Shown here one piece after another: positions 26,460-35,244 of a DNA stretch of 38,567 nt. The number at the start of each line of letters is the position of its first letter. Within the stretch, counting starts at the first letter, position 1. The stretch is from UHGV virus genome UHGV-0466844. One strand, written 5' to 3'. Under the pieces are notes generated by a model that was not told the DNA's origin, searched no databases, and saw only the letters and a program-made list of their open reading frames with translations. The stretch comes from a virus. A program made the position numbers and the translations under genes.

Positions 26460-27826
26460 TAATTTTTACCCCCATATTCCTTTATCTTCGCTTTTACTGC
26501 TGCCATTAATGCTTCTTGGCCAACTTCTTTGTTTTGCAAAGCACTAATGACCTGTTCATCAATCGTGTCTTTAGCCACTAGGTGATGGACGATCACAGGC
26601 TGTTTTTGACCCTGACGATCTAATCTTGCATTGGCTTGTTGGTAATATTCTAGGGACCACGTAAGCCCAAACCAAACGATGATATGCCCACCTTGCTGTA
26701 AATTTAAGCCATGCCCTGCAGATTGCGGATGTGCTAAAAGCAAAGGCAGCTTGCCTTCATTCCACTTTTGAATATCTCCATCGGACACATCAATTTTTTT
26801 CGCTTGTTTGAAACGCATCAACAGCCGATCTAAATCGTGTTTGTATTGATAAAAGACCAAGATGGGTTGTCCTTGTGCCTCTTCGACGATTCGTTCTAAA
26901 GCATTTAGCTTTTCTTGATGGATTTCCCACTCATTGCTGAATTCGTCGTATATCGCGCCATTAGCCAGCTGTAAAAGCTTATTAGAAAGTGTGGCGGCAT
27001 TGCTGGCAACCACATCGGATTCTTCAAGTTCTAGCACGTATTCTCTTTCTAGTTCTTTGTATTGCTTTCGGTCCTTCGCTGACAGTTCAACCTCGACAAC
27101 ATTGTTTATTCGTTGCGGTAGATTCAAATAATCTTTCGCTTTCATACTGACACAGATGTCACTGATTTTTTTGTAAATTGCTTCTTCTGCCCCCGGTACC
27201 AGTTGCCAACTGTAAACGATATGTCCATTCTTTTGTGCTGGGACAAAGTATCTATTGCGGTACTGGGTGATTGTTTTGCCTAGCCGTTCACCTTGGTCTA
27301 GTAAATAAATCTGTGCCCATAGGTCCAGAAGTCCATTTGGTGATGGCGTTCCGGTTAAACCAATTACTCGTTCCATCATAGGTCGAACCTTTCGCAAAGC
27401 TTTAAAACGTTTGGCACTGCTTGATTTAAAACTGGATAGCTCGTCGATGATAACCGTTTTAAATGGCCACCGTCGCTGATAATGATTAACCAACCATTCC
27501 ACATTTTCACGATTGATTAAGTACACGTCCGCTTTTTTATTTAAGGCATCTAGTCTTTGCTTTTGACTACCTAGAATCTTAGAAAAAGTCAAATGATTCA
27601 AATGATCCCACTTTTCAATTTCATCTGTCCAAGTTTTTTCTGCTACAGAAAGTGGGGCGATCACCAGTACATTTTCGATTGTTTCGAATGTATTCAACAG
27701 TTCTTCGATGGCAGTCAAACTGGATAATGTCTTGCCCAATCCCATATCTAAAAGCAATGCACAATAAGGATTGTCCAGAATGAAATTCTTTGAATACTCT
27801 TGGTACGGATGCAGTTCACATTTCAT
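26459..27826 (-). CDS. SNF2-family DEAD/DEAH helicase
   Basis: Motif I LLDMGLGKT, motif II DELSSF and the helicase C-terminal region LLLAHPQSAGHGLNLQ. Confidence 0.85.
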   Translation of the reverse strand: MKCELHPYQEYSKNFILDNPYCALLLDMGLGKTLSSLTAIEELLNTFETIENVLVIAPLSVAEKTWTDEIEKWDHLNHLTFSKILGSQKQRLDALNKKADVYLINRENVEWLVNHYQRRWPFKTVIIDELSSFKSSSAKRFKALRKVRPMMERVIGLTGTPSPNGLLDLWAQIYLLDQGERLGKTITQYRNRYFVPAQKNGHIVYSWQLVPGAEEAIYKKISDICVSMKAKDYLNLPQRINNVVEVELSAKDRKQYKELEREYVLELEESDVVASNAATLSNKLLQLANGAIYDEFSNEWEIHQEKLNALERIVEEAQGQPILVFYQYKHDLDRLLMRFKQAKKIDVSDGDIQKWNEGKLPLLLAHPQSAGHGLNLQQGGHIIVWFGLTWSLEYYQQANARLDRQGQKQPVIVHHLVAKDTIDEQVISALQNKEVGQEALMAAVKAKIKEYGGKN

Positions 27827-28115
27827 GTTTTAGATCACCTGCTTTCAATTCTTGGATAAAGTGATCTACCTCGTTTTTTGTATCGATGGCGTATACATCA
27901 ACGCCTTGTTGATTGATATAACTTTTTATTTTCATCTGATTTTTTCGTAAAGACTCTCCTGGTCTTTTCAATTCAATAAAAAATGTACTGCCTCGAAATA
28001 TTACGATTCTGTCCGGTACGCCTCTTGTGCCTGGGCTTACCCATTTGTAACATAGCCCACCGATTTTCTTCACCTGTCTGACAAGATATTTTTCGATGTC
28101 GTTTTCAATTTGCAT
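27816..28115 (-). CDS. VRR-NUC domain nuclease
   Basis: GVPDRIV...FIELKRPGE...L...Q motifs. Preferred start is MQIENDIE with RBS GGAGGGcactATG; the track ORF extends to a TTG at 28157 that lacks an RBS. Confidence 0.75.
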   Translation of the reverse strand: MQIENDIEKYLVRQVKKIGGLCYKWVSPGTRGVPDRIVIFRGSTFFIELKRPGESLRKNQMKIKSYINQQGVDVYAIDTKNEVDHFIQELKAGDLKHEM

Positions 28116-28129
28116 AGTGCCCTCCTTTT

Positions 28130-28477
28130 GTGTAACTTTTTTTTTCAACTCACTCAAGCTTTATATAGGAATAAAGGGGGATATACATATAACGTTTATA
28201 TACATATTCTTTATTTCTTTTAAGAAGAGAAGATAGAAAAAAAGGTTACAAAGTTACATTTAGGCTGTATACGTTGATATATAAGGTTTTACACTGTAAC
28301 TTTTGTGTAACTTTTCGCGCTTTTTGTAACTTTTTAAAGTTACATTTTCTTAAAAAGTAACTTTGTAACTCTTCTTTTTATCTGATTAATTTTTTTACAG
28401 TTCAGATTTCCGGTTACAAAGTTACATTTATAGGACTGTAACCTTTTTTTTTCGTTAAAAGTTACATTAAAGTTACG
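28130..28477. repeat. AT-rich iteron array: >12 copies of GTTACA / AAAGTTAC in both orientations, including an 18-bp direct repeat GGTTACAAAGTTACATTT (x2) and an (ATATACATAT)x2 element. Putative origin of replication.
   Basis: Counted directly in the non-coding gap between the primase 3' end and the VRR-NUC start. Confidence 0.6.
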
Positions 28478-30886
28478 CTAAAATCCTGCATTCCCTGTAT
28501 CAATTCCCTGCCAACATTTCACGACTTTCCCGTCTACCCTTGTCGGCTTATTTTCAAATCCAAGTTCCTTCATCCGATTGACAAAATTATTCCTGGTCAT
28601 CGGTTTATACCCAGAACCTTTGCAATAGGTGACGTAATCGCTATAGGCTTCCGCCGCTGGGGTTTTCTTATCATCCCCCAACTCGCATTCATCTTCGATA
28701 AATAGTGATAACACATCATTGCCTTGAACCCATTTTTCCACGTTATCTAGCATCCCATTTGAAACAGAAAAACCATTCTGATTAAATGCACGACGTAATC
28801 CCTGCATCGCTTTATTAAAGATCCCCGCCGTTTCCTGCTTCATCACAGCCAAAGGAAATTGCTCCTTGACCTCTTTAGTCAACACCTCATCAATGTTCAG
28901 GATAATCAGACGACGCTTAAGCCCTCCACTGAAATCACGCATGGCCGGAAGCTCATTCATTGCGAAGGTCAACTTTGCATAATTGTAGAAATAGATTGGG
29001 TCTAAGTTTTTCCGATCAGCATAGATCGTATCTTCACCAGTAAGCTGTTTTAATAAAGAACCATCTGCTAGGTACTCAGGCTTTGCATCGGTATCAAAGT
29101 TTGCTGTCTTTCGATATAATCCTGCCGGCGCAAATCGTTCGTTCATCAGGTTTTTCAACGTAACAGCGGAGTAATTATCACGACCGATCATATCTTTCAA
29201 AATATTCACTAAAGTTGATTTCCCCGTACCAGCTTTCCCGTGAATAAACAGCATTTTTTGGAAATTGTACTCGCGATAAAAATTGTAGCCAAACCATTCG
29301 TAGACAAAGTCTGCATTTTCCTCCCCGACGATTCGCTTTAAAAATCCGTCAAATACCGGGCAGTCGGCAGAAGAGTCATAAACTACTGGATGCGAGACAC
29401 GGGCATAGAGTTTTTTGTCAAACCCTTGAGAAAAGAAATCTTTTTTAATGTCATATACGCCGTTAGCTAACACCAACTTGTTCAGATCCATTTCGTGAAA
29501 TTCATTCTCCGTGTAAGCCAGGTTCTTAATACTGGCGATTGCCTCAGTAATATAGCGGATTTTTGATTCTTTGATCAGTTTTTTGTTCGTGATATAACTT
29601 CTTAAAAATTCATCGACACCACCACACCAAATGCCAGAAGAAGGATCATACCTTAAAAATTCAGAACCATCATAAAAGATAGGAATTTCGGATAGTACCT
29701 CTTGCGCCAATAAGTACGTGTTGATCACTGGTGCCCCATTTTGATCAAAAGTAAGCCATTTCGTTTGGATGGATTCTTCTTCATTGATTTCAAATGCATC
29801 AAATTCCTCAAGTGCCTCACCTAGCCGCTCTTTTTGCATCTGTCCCATGACCAATTCATCTTCTTGAAGAAATTCGTTCATGGCCCGATAGCTTTTCATT
29901 TTTTGCGGCGGCGTCCCAGCTTTAGCATCATCATCTAAATCACCAAATTTATGAATACGCACGAGGTCAAAAGCATTCACCAGTTGATCACCGACCGGAT
30001 CGGTTCCGTGATGGCTGTATGCAAACTTGTCATCATAAATGACCAAACCACCGCTGGTGGACCCACCTAAATAGGTCCAGCGATCATCGCGACCTGTGGG
30101 TCCGTAGATTTCTGGCAAGAACGTTTCTATCGCAGACACGATATCATACGAGCGACAGAATGCCCCGACAACGCCTTTTTTCTCTAACGGATCTCCTGCT
30201 TTTTTAGCTTGGCTTTCCCTAATTGAATGCCCTCGGCTGCTCTCTGGCCAAAAACTGGAATCGCGCCAATCCTCGTATCCTGACAAAACTTCATCTGGAT
30301 CTACCCAAGGCAAATCCAAGTAATCTGTAAAATATTCGCCATCCAATGAATGGCTAGGGAAATACATCAATCGCTCTGCTTGATAGGTCGTATCGTCGAA
30401 ATTATCCATCCCAAAGATTTCCGCTAGCTTGCGGGCTAAAGGTTCATATTCTTCTGCTGTCACAGGCCGTTCTAGTGGAATGATCAAGCGATAACGCGGA
30501 CCTTTAACTAAATGGCTATGCGTCGTGTAAATAGCTGCTGCATGATCAAACAACAACTTGATGTCTTCCCAGAAATCCAACGTTGTGCTATCGGCATCAA
30601 GCGTAACTAGACTGCGCTGTTGCGCATGTCCGCGTTTTCGCTTCCCTTCTTTTAACCAGCCACCGACAAAGCCTCCAACATCTTTGATCTCGTCTTGGCG
30701 TGACTTTGGCATCTTTTTGTAGTCACTGACTGTCTCTTGTGTAACAGTAGGTGTTGCTAAACGTTGTAAAAAATCAGACCAGTTTTGGCTACGATTTTTC
30801 CATTTCTTTTCTGTTTTGGAACTACCAATGGCGAGATGGATCTCACCGTTGTATTTCAGATTTGGCAACTTTTTAGGTTGTTCCAT
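28478..30886 (-). CDS. Phage/plasmid primase-helicase (P4/D5 family: N-terminal primase domain, D5_N-like region, P-loop NTPase)
   Basis: 802 aa. Walker A motif FIHGKAGTGKST. D5_N-like region upstream of it. Gene context (polA, SSB, nuclease). Confidence 0.8.
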   Translation of the reverse strand: MEQPKKLPNLKYNGEIHLAIGSSKTEKKWKNRSQNWSDFLQRLATPTVTQETVSDYKKMPKSRQDEIKDVGGFVGGWLKEGKRKRGHAQQRSLVTLDADSTTLDFWEDIKLLFDHAAAIYTTHSHLVKGPRYRLIIPLERPVTAEEYEPLARKLAEIFGMDNFDDTTYQAERLMYFPSHSLDGEYFTDYLDLPWVDPDEVLSGYEDWRDSSFWPESSRGHSIRESQAKKAGDPLEKKGVVGAFCRSYDIVSAIETFLPEIYGPTGRDDRWTYLGGSTSGGLVIYDDKFAYSHHGTDPVGDQLVNAFDLVRIHKFGDLDDDAKAGTPPQKMKSYRAMNEFLQEDELVMGQMQKERLGEALEEFDAFEINEEESIQTKWLTFDQNGAPVINTYLLAQEVLSEIPIFYDGSEFLRYDPSSGIWCGGVDEFLRSYITNKKLIKESKIRYITEAIASIKNLAYTENEFHEMDLNKLVLANGVYDIKKDFFSQGFDKKLYARVSHPVVYDSSADCPVFDGFLKRIVGEENADFVYEWFGYNFYREYNFQKMLFIHGKAGTGKSTLVNILKDMIGRDNYSAVTLKNLMNERFAPAGLYRKTANFDTDAKPEYLADGSLLKQLTGEDTIYADRKNLDPIYFYNYAKLTFAMNELPAMRDFSGGLKRRLIILNIDEVLTKEVKEQFPLAVMKQETAGIFNKAMQGLRRAFNQNGFSVSNGMLDNVEKWVQGNDVLSLFIEDECELGDDKKTPAAEAYSDYVTYCKGSGYKPMTRNNFVNRMKELGFENKPTRVDGKVVKCWQGIDTGNAGF

Positions 30887-30941
30887 CTCTCAACCATTCC
30901 TTTCCTTGTTTCAAGTGTCAAAAAAATAAGTATTTTGTAAA

Positions 30942-31325
30942 TTACCGAACTTCGACATCCGGAATCAACGCACTAGGTTTCAATGTGATTTTAAACCGAT
31001 ACTGATTGGCTTCTGTCCACTCTTGTTGCTCCACGATATATACAGTAGTCGGAGACAACCCAAGAAAATGCTTTTGAAACTCGTCTTCGCCTGTCTTGGC
31101 TGTGATTTCCAACTGGTTGTCAGCTGTATCTGCTGTGATTGAAAAGTTGCCTTCAACTGTGTAAAGAACTTCGTCTGTAACTGTATTGATAAAAGTTACC
31201 TTGCGTAAAATCTTGAAATTATCAGCATCTTGGCTAAGATTATTTGAAGCGACATCCGCATCATTACATCCAGCTAAAACAACTAACCCGATTGATGCTA
31301 AAATAATTAATAATAGTTTTTTCAT
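30942..31325 (-). CDS. Secreted lipoprotein (127 aa), unknown function
   Basis: Signal peptide MKKLLLIILASIGLVVLAGC with lipobox LAGC. Confidence 0.7.
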   Translation of the reverse strand: MKKLLLIILASIGLVVLAGCNDADVASNNLSQDADNFKILRKVTFINTVTDEVLYTVEGNFSITADTADNQLEITAKTGEDEFQKHFLGLSPTTVYIVEQQEWTEANQYRFKITLKPSALIPDVEVR

Positions 31326-31421
31326 TTAATTCCCCTCTTTTTCATCCAATTTTTTACCGATGATCACCGAAATGACCATAATCACCACGAATCCAGAAAA
31401 CCCTAATACCGCATAAGCCAT
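31326..31421 (-). CDS. Possible 31-aa hydrophobic peptide (MAYAVLGFSGFVVIMVISVIIGKK...)
   Basis: Tiny ORF with stop-start overlaps on both sides (TAAATG). Speculative. Confidence 0.2.
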   Translation of the reverse strand: MAYAVLGFSGFVVIMVISVIIGKKLDEKEGN

Positions 31422-31423
31422 AG

Positions 31424-31612
31424 CTATCCCCCACTTTCTATAGCTTTACGAACAATTGGATCTCGATACAACATTTTATACTTGAGTTTTTCTTGCTGCA
31501 GTTGTTCTTCAAGTTGCTCAATCTGTTTCTGCTGGTCCACAATTGTAATAGTTAGACAACATAGTGCCAGAACAGATAAGATCGTTATGACAATTGTTTG
31601 TTTATGATTCAT
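31424..31612 (-). CDS. Small membrane-anchored coiled-coil protein (~62 aa from the internal start MNHKQ)
   Basis: TM segment TIVITILSVLALCCLTITIV followed by a heptad-rich tail. RBS AGGAGAaaaccaATG. Confidence 0.4.
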   Translation of the reverse strand: MNHKQTIVITILSVLALCCLTITIVDQQKQIEQLEEQLQQEKLKYKMLYRDPIVRKAIESGG

Positions 31613-31622
31613 TGGTTTTCTC

Positions 31623-31787
31623 CTATTTAGGTCGTTGTCCATTCCCCTGAACATTAGTGCCTCGATATTTTATAGCACAATCCGCATGTTGAATTTTCCA
31701 ATAACCGTTTTTCCGTTCAAAATGCCCTTTGCCTTTTTCAACGTATCCACCGCAACGATAGCAGTAGCCCGGATATTTATTTCTCAT
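31623..31787 (-). CDS. Small Cys-rich zinc-ribbon-like protein (~54 aa)
   Basis: Hand-translated: MRNKYPGYCYRCGGYVEKGKGHFERKNGYWKIQHADC... RBS AAGGAGTGAagacaATG. Not in the track. Confidence 0.35.
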   Translation of the reverse strand: MRNKYPGYCYRCGGYVEKGKGHFERKNGYWKIQHADCAIKYRGTNVQGNGQRPK

Positions 31788-31821
31788 TGTCTTCACTCCT
31801 TCAGTTGGTTATTTTGGTGGA

Positions 31822-32064
31822 TTACTGACGAAAAGAACGATAAAGCTCTCGTGCTTCTTCATCTGTACGAACAACAAACTCATTCCGCTTTACCCATGTT
31901 GTAGTTTCCGTATCCCATTTTTTTGAAACATCCTTTTCGCTAAGACAGACCTTACAAATATAATGATCCCAAGACACCCCAATTCCGCCAAAAGATCCAT
32001 TATCATCAACACACATTAAGGCTTTTTGCTTGCATACTTTACACTCATATAATTGGCGTTCCAT
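31822..32064 (-). CDS. Small zinc-ribbon protein (80 aa; two CxxC pairs)
   Basis: CKVC and CKVC pairs ~25 aa apart. Confidence 0.45.
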   Translation of the reverse strand: MERQLYECKVCKQKALMCVDDNGSFGGIGVSWDHYICKVCLSEKDVSKKWDTETTTWVKRNEFVVRTDEEARELYRSFRQ

Positions 32065-32109
32065 ATCATTCCTCTTTTCTTTAGTTGGTAATATCTGTCG
32101 CTAAGGGAA

Positions 32110-32313
32110 TTACACTTTCTCCCATTTCAATACAACATCATTTTCTCTTTCTATCGAATCTCTCCAAACGTGATCAACGGTTCCATCTTCTTGGTCAATC
32201 ATTACTAGCCTTAGTGGGTAACCCATTTCGTCAAATTGAATTACATTTGATCTCATAACTATCTTTGATACGAACTTTTGTGATCTGCGTCTGTTAAAAA
32301 AATTATTGAACAT
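32110..32313 (-). CDS. Hypothetical protein (67 aa)
   Basis: ORF in the replication operon. Confidence 0.4.
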   Translation of the reverse strand: MFNNFFNRRRSQKFVSKIVMRSNVIQFDEMGYPLRLVMIDQEDGTVDHVWRDSIERENDVVLKWEKV

Positions 32314-32351
32314 GGTATCCTCCTATTCCGTAATTTCTTCCGATTGCTGAC

Positions 32352-32549
32352 TCACGCAATGTCTTCAAACAAAATGGCATAGTCATCAATGTCCAGAATT
32401 TCGGCTATTTCTTGTACCTTTTTTAGGGTTACATTTGCCGTTTTATCCCTTGCTGATTTTGCATTACCACCCATTAAATCAACCAATTCGACGCCTTTGT
32501 TTTCCACATGCCATTGGACGTTTGTCCAAAATACTTCGAGAATGTTCAT
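32352..32549 (-). CDS. Small XRE-like HTH protein (~65 aa from the internal start MNILEV)
   Basis: RBS AAGGAGTGGAGAAATG. C-terminal HTH-like segment VTLKKVQEIAEILDIDDYAIL. Overlaps the zinc-finger ORF by ~70 nt in another frame. Confidence 0.4.
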   Translation of the reverse strand: MNILEVFWTNVQWHVENKGVELVDLMGGNAKSARDKTANVTLKKVQEIAEILDIDDYAILFEDIA

Positions 32550-32682
32550 TTCTCCACTCCTTCGTTTCTTTGCGAACAGCAGCACCATCTTTATTGCAGA
32601 CAGGACAGTTGATTGCTACTGCCCGACCAAATTCATTTTTACTCCAAATAATCCTTTCGCCTTTACATCGATTGCATTTCAT
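32479..32682 (-). CDS. Small zinc-finger protein (67 aa; CxxC x2)
   Basis: CNRCKGE...CPVCNKDG. RBS AGGTGAtccCATG directly after the polymerase stop. Confidence 0.45.
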   Translation of the reverse strand: MKCNRCKGERIIWSKNEFGRAVAINCPVCNKDGAAVRKETKEWRNEHSRSILDKRPMACGKQRRRIG

Positions 32683-32690
32683 GGGATCAC

Positions 32691-34598
32691 CTAATCTTTC
32701 ATGTAGTATTTCGTCTCAAAACCGGCTGCCGCTAACGGTAATCCTTCTGCCCATTCAGGTACAACTGACATGATTTGATTCATTTCTTCAACGGAATGCA
32801 CGCCATCTGGAACTTCTGCAACAGCCTCATCATGTACATGAAAGACAACGGGATAGCCCTCTTTTTCCAGTCTCATCATTGCTTCTGCTAAAATATCTCT
32901 GGCTGTCGCTTGGACAATGTTTTCCACTAGCTTTCCACCATAGGTCTGCTGTTTCGTGAAAACGACTTTGTCCCCCTGTCCTTCATAAAAGATTGCTGGG
33001 CCATAGTTTCCTTCTTCTAGATGCGCTTTTGCATAAGCTAGTTTGCGACCACTTGGCAGCTGAATAAAAAGAAATCCGTTCTTTTTGTAGAACTTTAACC
33101 CTTTAGGCCCTTTTTTGATGCCACCGTTTTGAAGGCAGGCAATGACTGCTTTTTGTGTGTCATACCAAAACGAGCGAATGCGTTTGTTGGCATCTCGCCA
33201 TCGATCGACGATATCCTGCAGTTCATGTTCTTCAATACCATTATCTAGCGCCCCCATTGCTTTTAGCGCACCAGGACCACCTTGATAGCCTAGTGCCAGA
33301 GTTGCCACTTTTCCCCGTTGCCGCATGGCTTTACCTTCATTATTTTTCCAATCATAGCTTTCTACCTCCCCAAGGTGAAACATCTGTGCCGCAGTCGCTT
33401 CATAGATTTTCCCGTGCGTTCGAAATACATCCAGTACCCACTCTTGATTTGCATACCAAGCAATCACACGGGCTTCAATCGCTGAAAAGTCACTAATGAT
33501 AAATCGATGCCCTTCTTTTGCGACCAATCCTGTCCGGATCAATTGTTTCAACGTATCCGGCACACTGTCATACATCCACTCGATTGCTTCTGTATCTTTA
33601 GCTTTGATCAATTCTCTTGCAAAGCCGATTTCATCCAAGTAGTTTCTCGGCAAATTTTGAACTTGTAACAATCTCCCAGCCCAACGTCCCGTCCGATTAG
33701 CCCCATAAAATTGCAGAATGCCATGAATTCGTCCGTCACGACATCGGGCGCCATCCATCATGAGATATTTTTTTGTGCTTGAATTTGAGAGATTCAACCG
33801 TATTCTTAGCGCCCTCTCAACGTTTTCTGGCAAATTACCACTATTGACTGCCGCAGTAACTAACTCTTTACCAAGTGTTTCAAAAGGGGCTCCTTGTCCT
33901 TTTAACCACTCTTTTAATTGTTTCAAACTATTGGGATTTTCTAAACCGGTCACTTGCTTGAGTTCATTCATATTTTTGGCTGTTAACTCCTCCATGATTT
34001 CAATCGCTGCACTGGCAAGTTCGTGATCGATTTCAGCCCCACGATCATTAATCCGTTGATCCAATGAATAAAGTGCCCATTCACTCTCTTTTACTGGAAA
34101 ACGATTTAATTTGTCCGCTATTGCCATTTCAACCACTACGTCTTGGATACAATAATAGGTAAACGTCTGCCATTTTTCTGGATCATGATCTGGAAGATTC
34201 CTTGTCCGCATCCCATTTGCCTTAGTCGGTTTACAAGGTTTCGAAAAATAATTAATTAATTGTGTCCCACGAGTATCTTTTTGTTGTTCAATATTCAAGT
34301 ATTTTGCACATTGTCCTAATGAAGCTGGTAAGCCTAATTCATTCGCATGGACCATCGTACAATGCCATTGTTCTGGATCTAAATAGTAAGGAATTCCCAA
34401 GTGTTTAGATAAGCAAACTCGTTCGAATTGCGCGTTAAAGGCAATCTTGAGAACATTTTTATCCGTTAATGCATGCAGTATATCTTCCGGAATTTCACTG
34501 ATTGTCATGTCTATGCATTCAACAGTTCCACCATCGACAGAATAGGCAAAAAGCAATATTTCAAAGTTTGGACTTTCTGCATATTTGTAGACACCCAC
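32691..34598 (-). CDS. Family A DNA polymerase (phage-type, with an N-terminal 3'-5' exonuclease-like region and no 5' nuclease domain)
   Basis: Motif A-like ISDFSAIEARVIAWYANQEW and motif C VVFHVHDEAVAEV. GTG start. Confidence 0.85.
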   Translation of the reverse strand: MGVYKYAESPNFEILLFAYSVDGGTVECIDMTISEIPEDILHALTDKNVLKIAFNAQFERVCLSKHLGIPYYLDPEQWHCTMVHANELGLPASLGQCAKYLNIEQQKDTRGTQLINYFSKPCKPTKANGMRTRNLPDHDPEKWQTFTYYCIQDVVVEMAIADKLNRFPVKESEWALYSLDQRINDRGAEIDHELASAAIEIMEELTAKNMNELKQVTGLENPNSLKQLKEWLKGQGAPFETLGKELVTAAVNSGNLPENVERALRIRLNLSNSSTKKYLMMDGARCRDGRIHGILQFYGANRTGRWAGRLLQVQNLPRNYLDEIGFARELIKAKDTEAIEWMYDSVPDTLKQLIRTGLVAKEGHRFIISDFSAIEARVIAWYANQEWVLDVFRTHGKIYEATAAQMFHLGEVESYDWKNNEGKAMRQRGKVATLALGYQGGPGALKAMGALDNGIEEHELQDIVDRWRDANKRIRSFWYDTQKAVIACLQNGGIKKGPKGLKFYKKNGFLFIQLPSGRKLAYAKAHLEEGNYGPAIFYEGQGDKVVFTKQQTYGGKLVENIVQATARDILAEAMMRLEKEGYPVVFHVHDEAVAEVPDGVHSVEEMNQIMSVVPEWAEGLPLAAAGFETKYYMKD

Positions 34599-34663
34599 TT
34601 TTGTCAGATCTTCATCTGAATATGTCTCAATATCAATATTTAAGGTTTTGATAACGCTTCACC

Positions 34664-34679
34664 TCTTTCTTTGGTATAA
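34664..34679 (+). promoter_or_regulatory. Extended -10 promoter (TGgTATAAT, 34671-34679); the 16-mer CTTTCTTTGGTATAAT is identical to 937-952
   Basis: Read directly; 33 nt upstream of ATG 34713, which has the strong RBS AAGGGAGGAAG. Confidence 0.5.
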
Positions 34680-34712
34680 TTTATTTGAACAAAAATAAGG
34701 GAGGAAGAACAA

Positions 34713-35204
34713 ATGAATATTTATCAAATGCAAGCGCTAGACTATGTCCTGAAGGAAAATAAGTATCTCAATAAAGTAGATTTCAACTATATAATTATTT
34801 TCAAAATGAATAATGAACTTTATGAAGCAGACTTTTTGGAAGTAGACGAAAGTGGTGTCATTCTTGAAAATCCTACAATCACTCCAACAGGAGGAATCTC
34901 TCAGTTCGAATACTATTATGACTCCTATAAAGAAAGTCCTCTTAAGAAGGCTAATATTCAGGTATTCCCTAGACAAGGTGGTCCTTACTCTAGAAAACTC
35001 CAAAATATTCTAATTGAAGGAAAATCACTTCATTTAATCCACAAATCTCTTCTTGAAGTAATTGAGAACACAGAAGGTACCAATAACTTAGATCCTATTA
35101 TTTACAACGTTAAATCCTTAACTCATGACTACCAACTTCCTTATATGCTAGTAGACGAATCCACTGAATTTGAATGGATTTCTTTAGATAAAAAAGAAAA
35201 CTAA
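34713..35204 (+). CDS. Orphan plus-strand protein (163 aa, AT-rich, no recognisable domain): a moron inserted between polA and the SSB
   Basis: Own promoter, strong RBS and a bidirectional terminator. Opposite orientation to the entire replication operon. Lower GC than its neighbours. Confidence 0.6.
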   Translation: MNIYQMQALDYVLKENKYLNKVDFNYIIIFKMNNELYEADFLEVDESGVILENPTITPTGGISQFEYYYDSYKESPLKKANIQVFPRQGGPYSRKLQNILIEGKSLHLIHKSLLEVIENTEGTNNLDPIIYNVKSLTHDYQLPYMLVDESTEFEWISLDKKEN

Positions 35205-35214
35205 CAAAAGATAA

Positions 35215-35240
35215 GGGGGGGCTTTGCAGCCCCCTATTTA
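35215..35240. terminator. Bidirectional rho-independent terminator (GGGGGCT-ttgc-AGCCCCC flanked by A-run / T-run)
   Basis: 7-bp G/C stem read directly between the convergent 34713..35204 (+) and 35245..35832 (-) genes. Confidence 0.65.
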
Positions 35241-35244
35241 CTTT

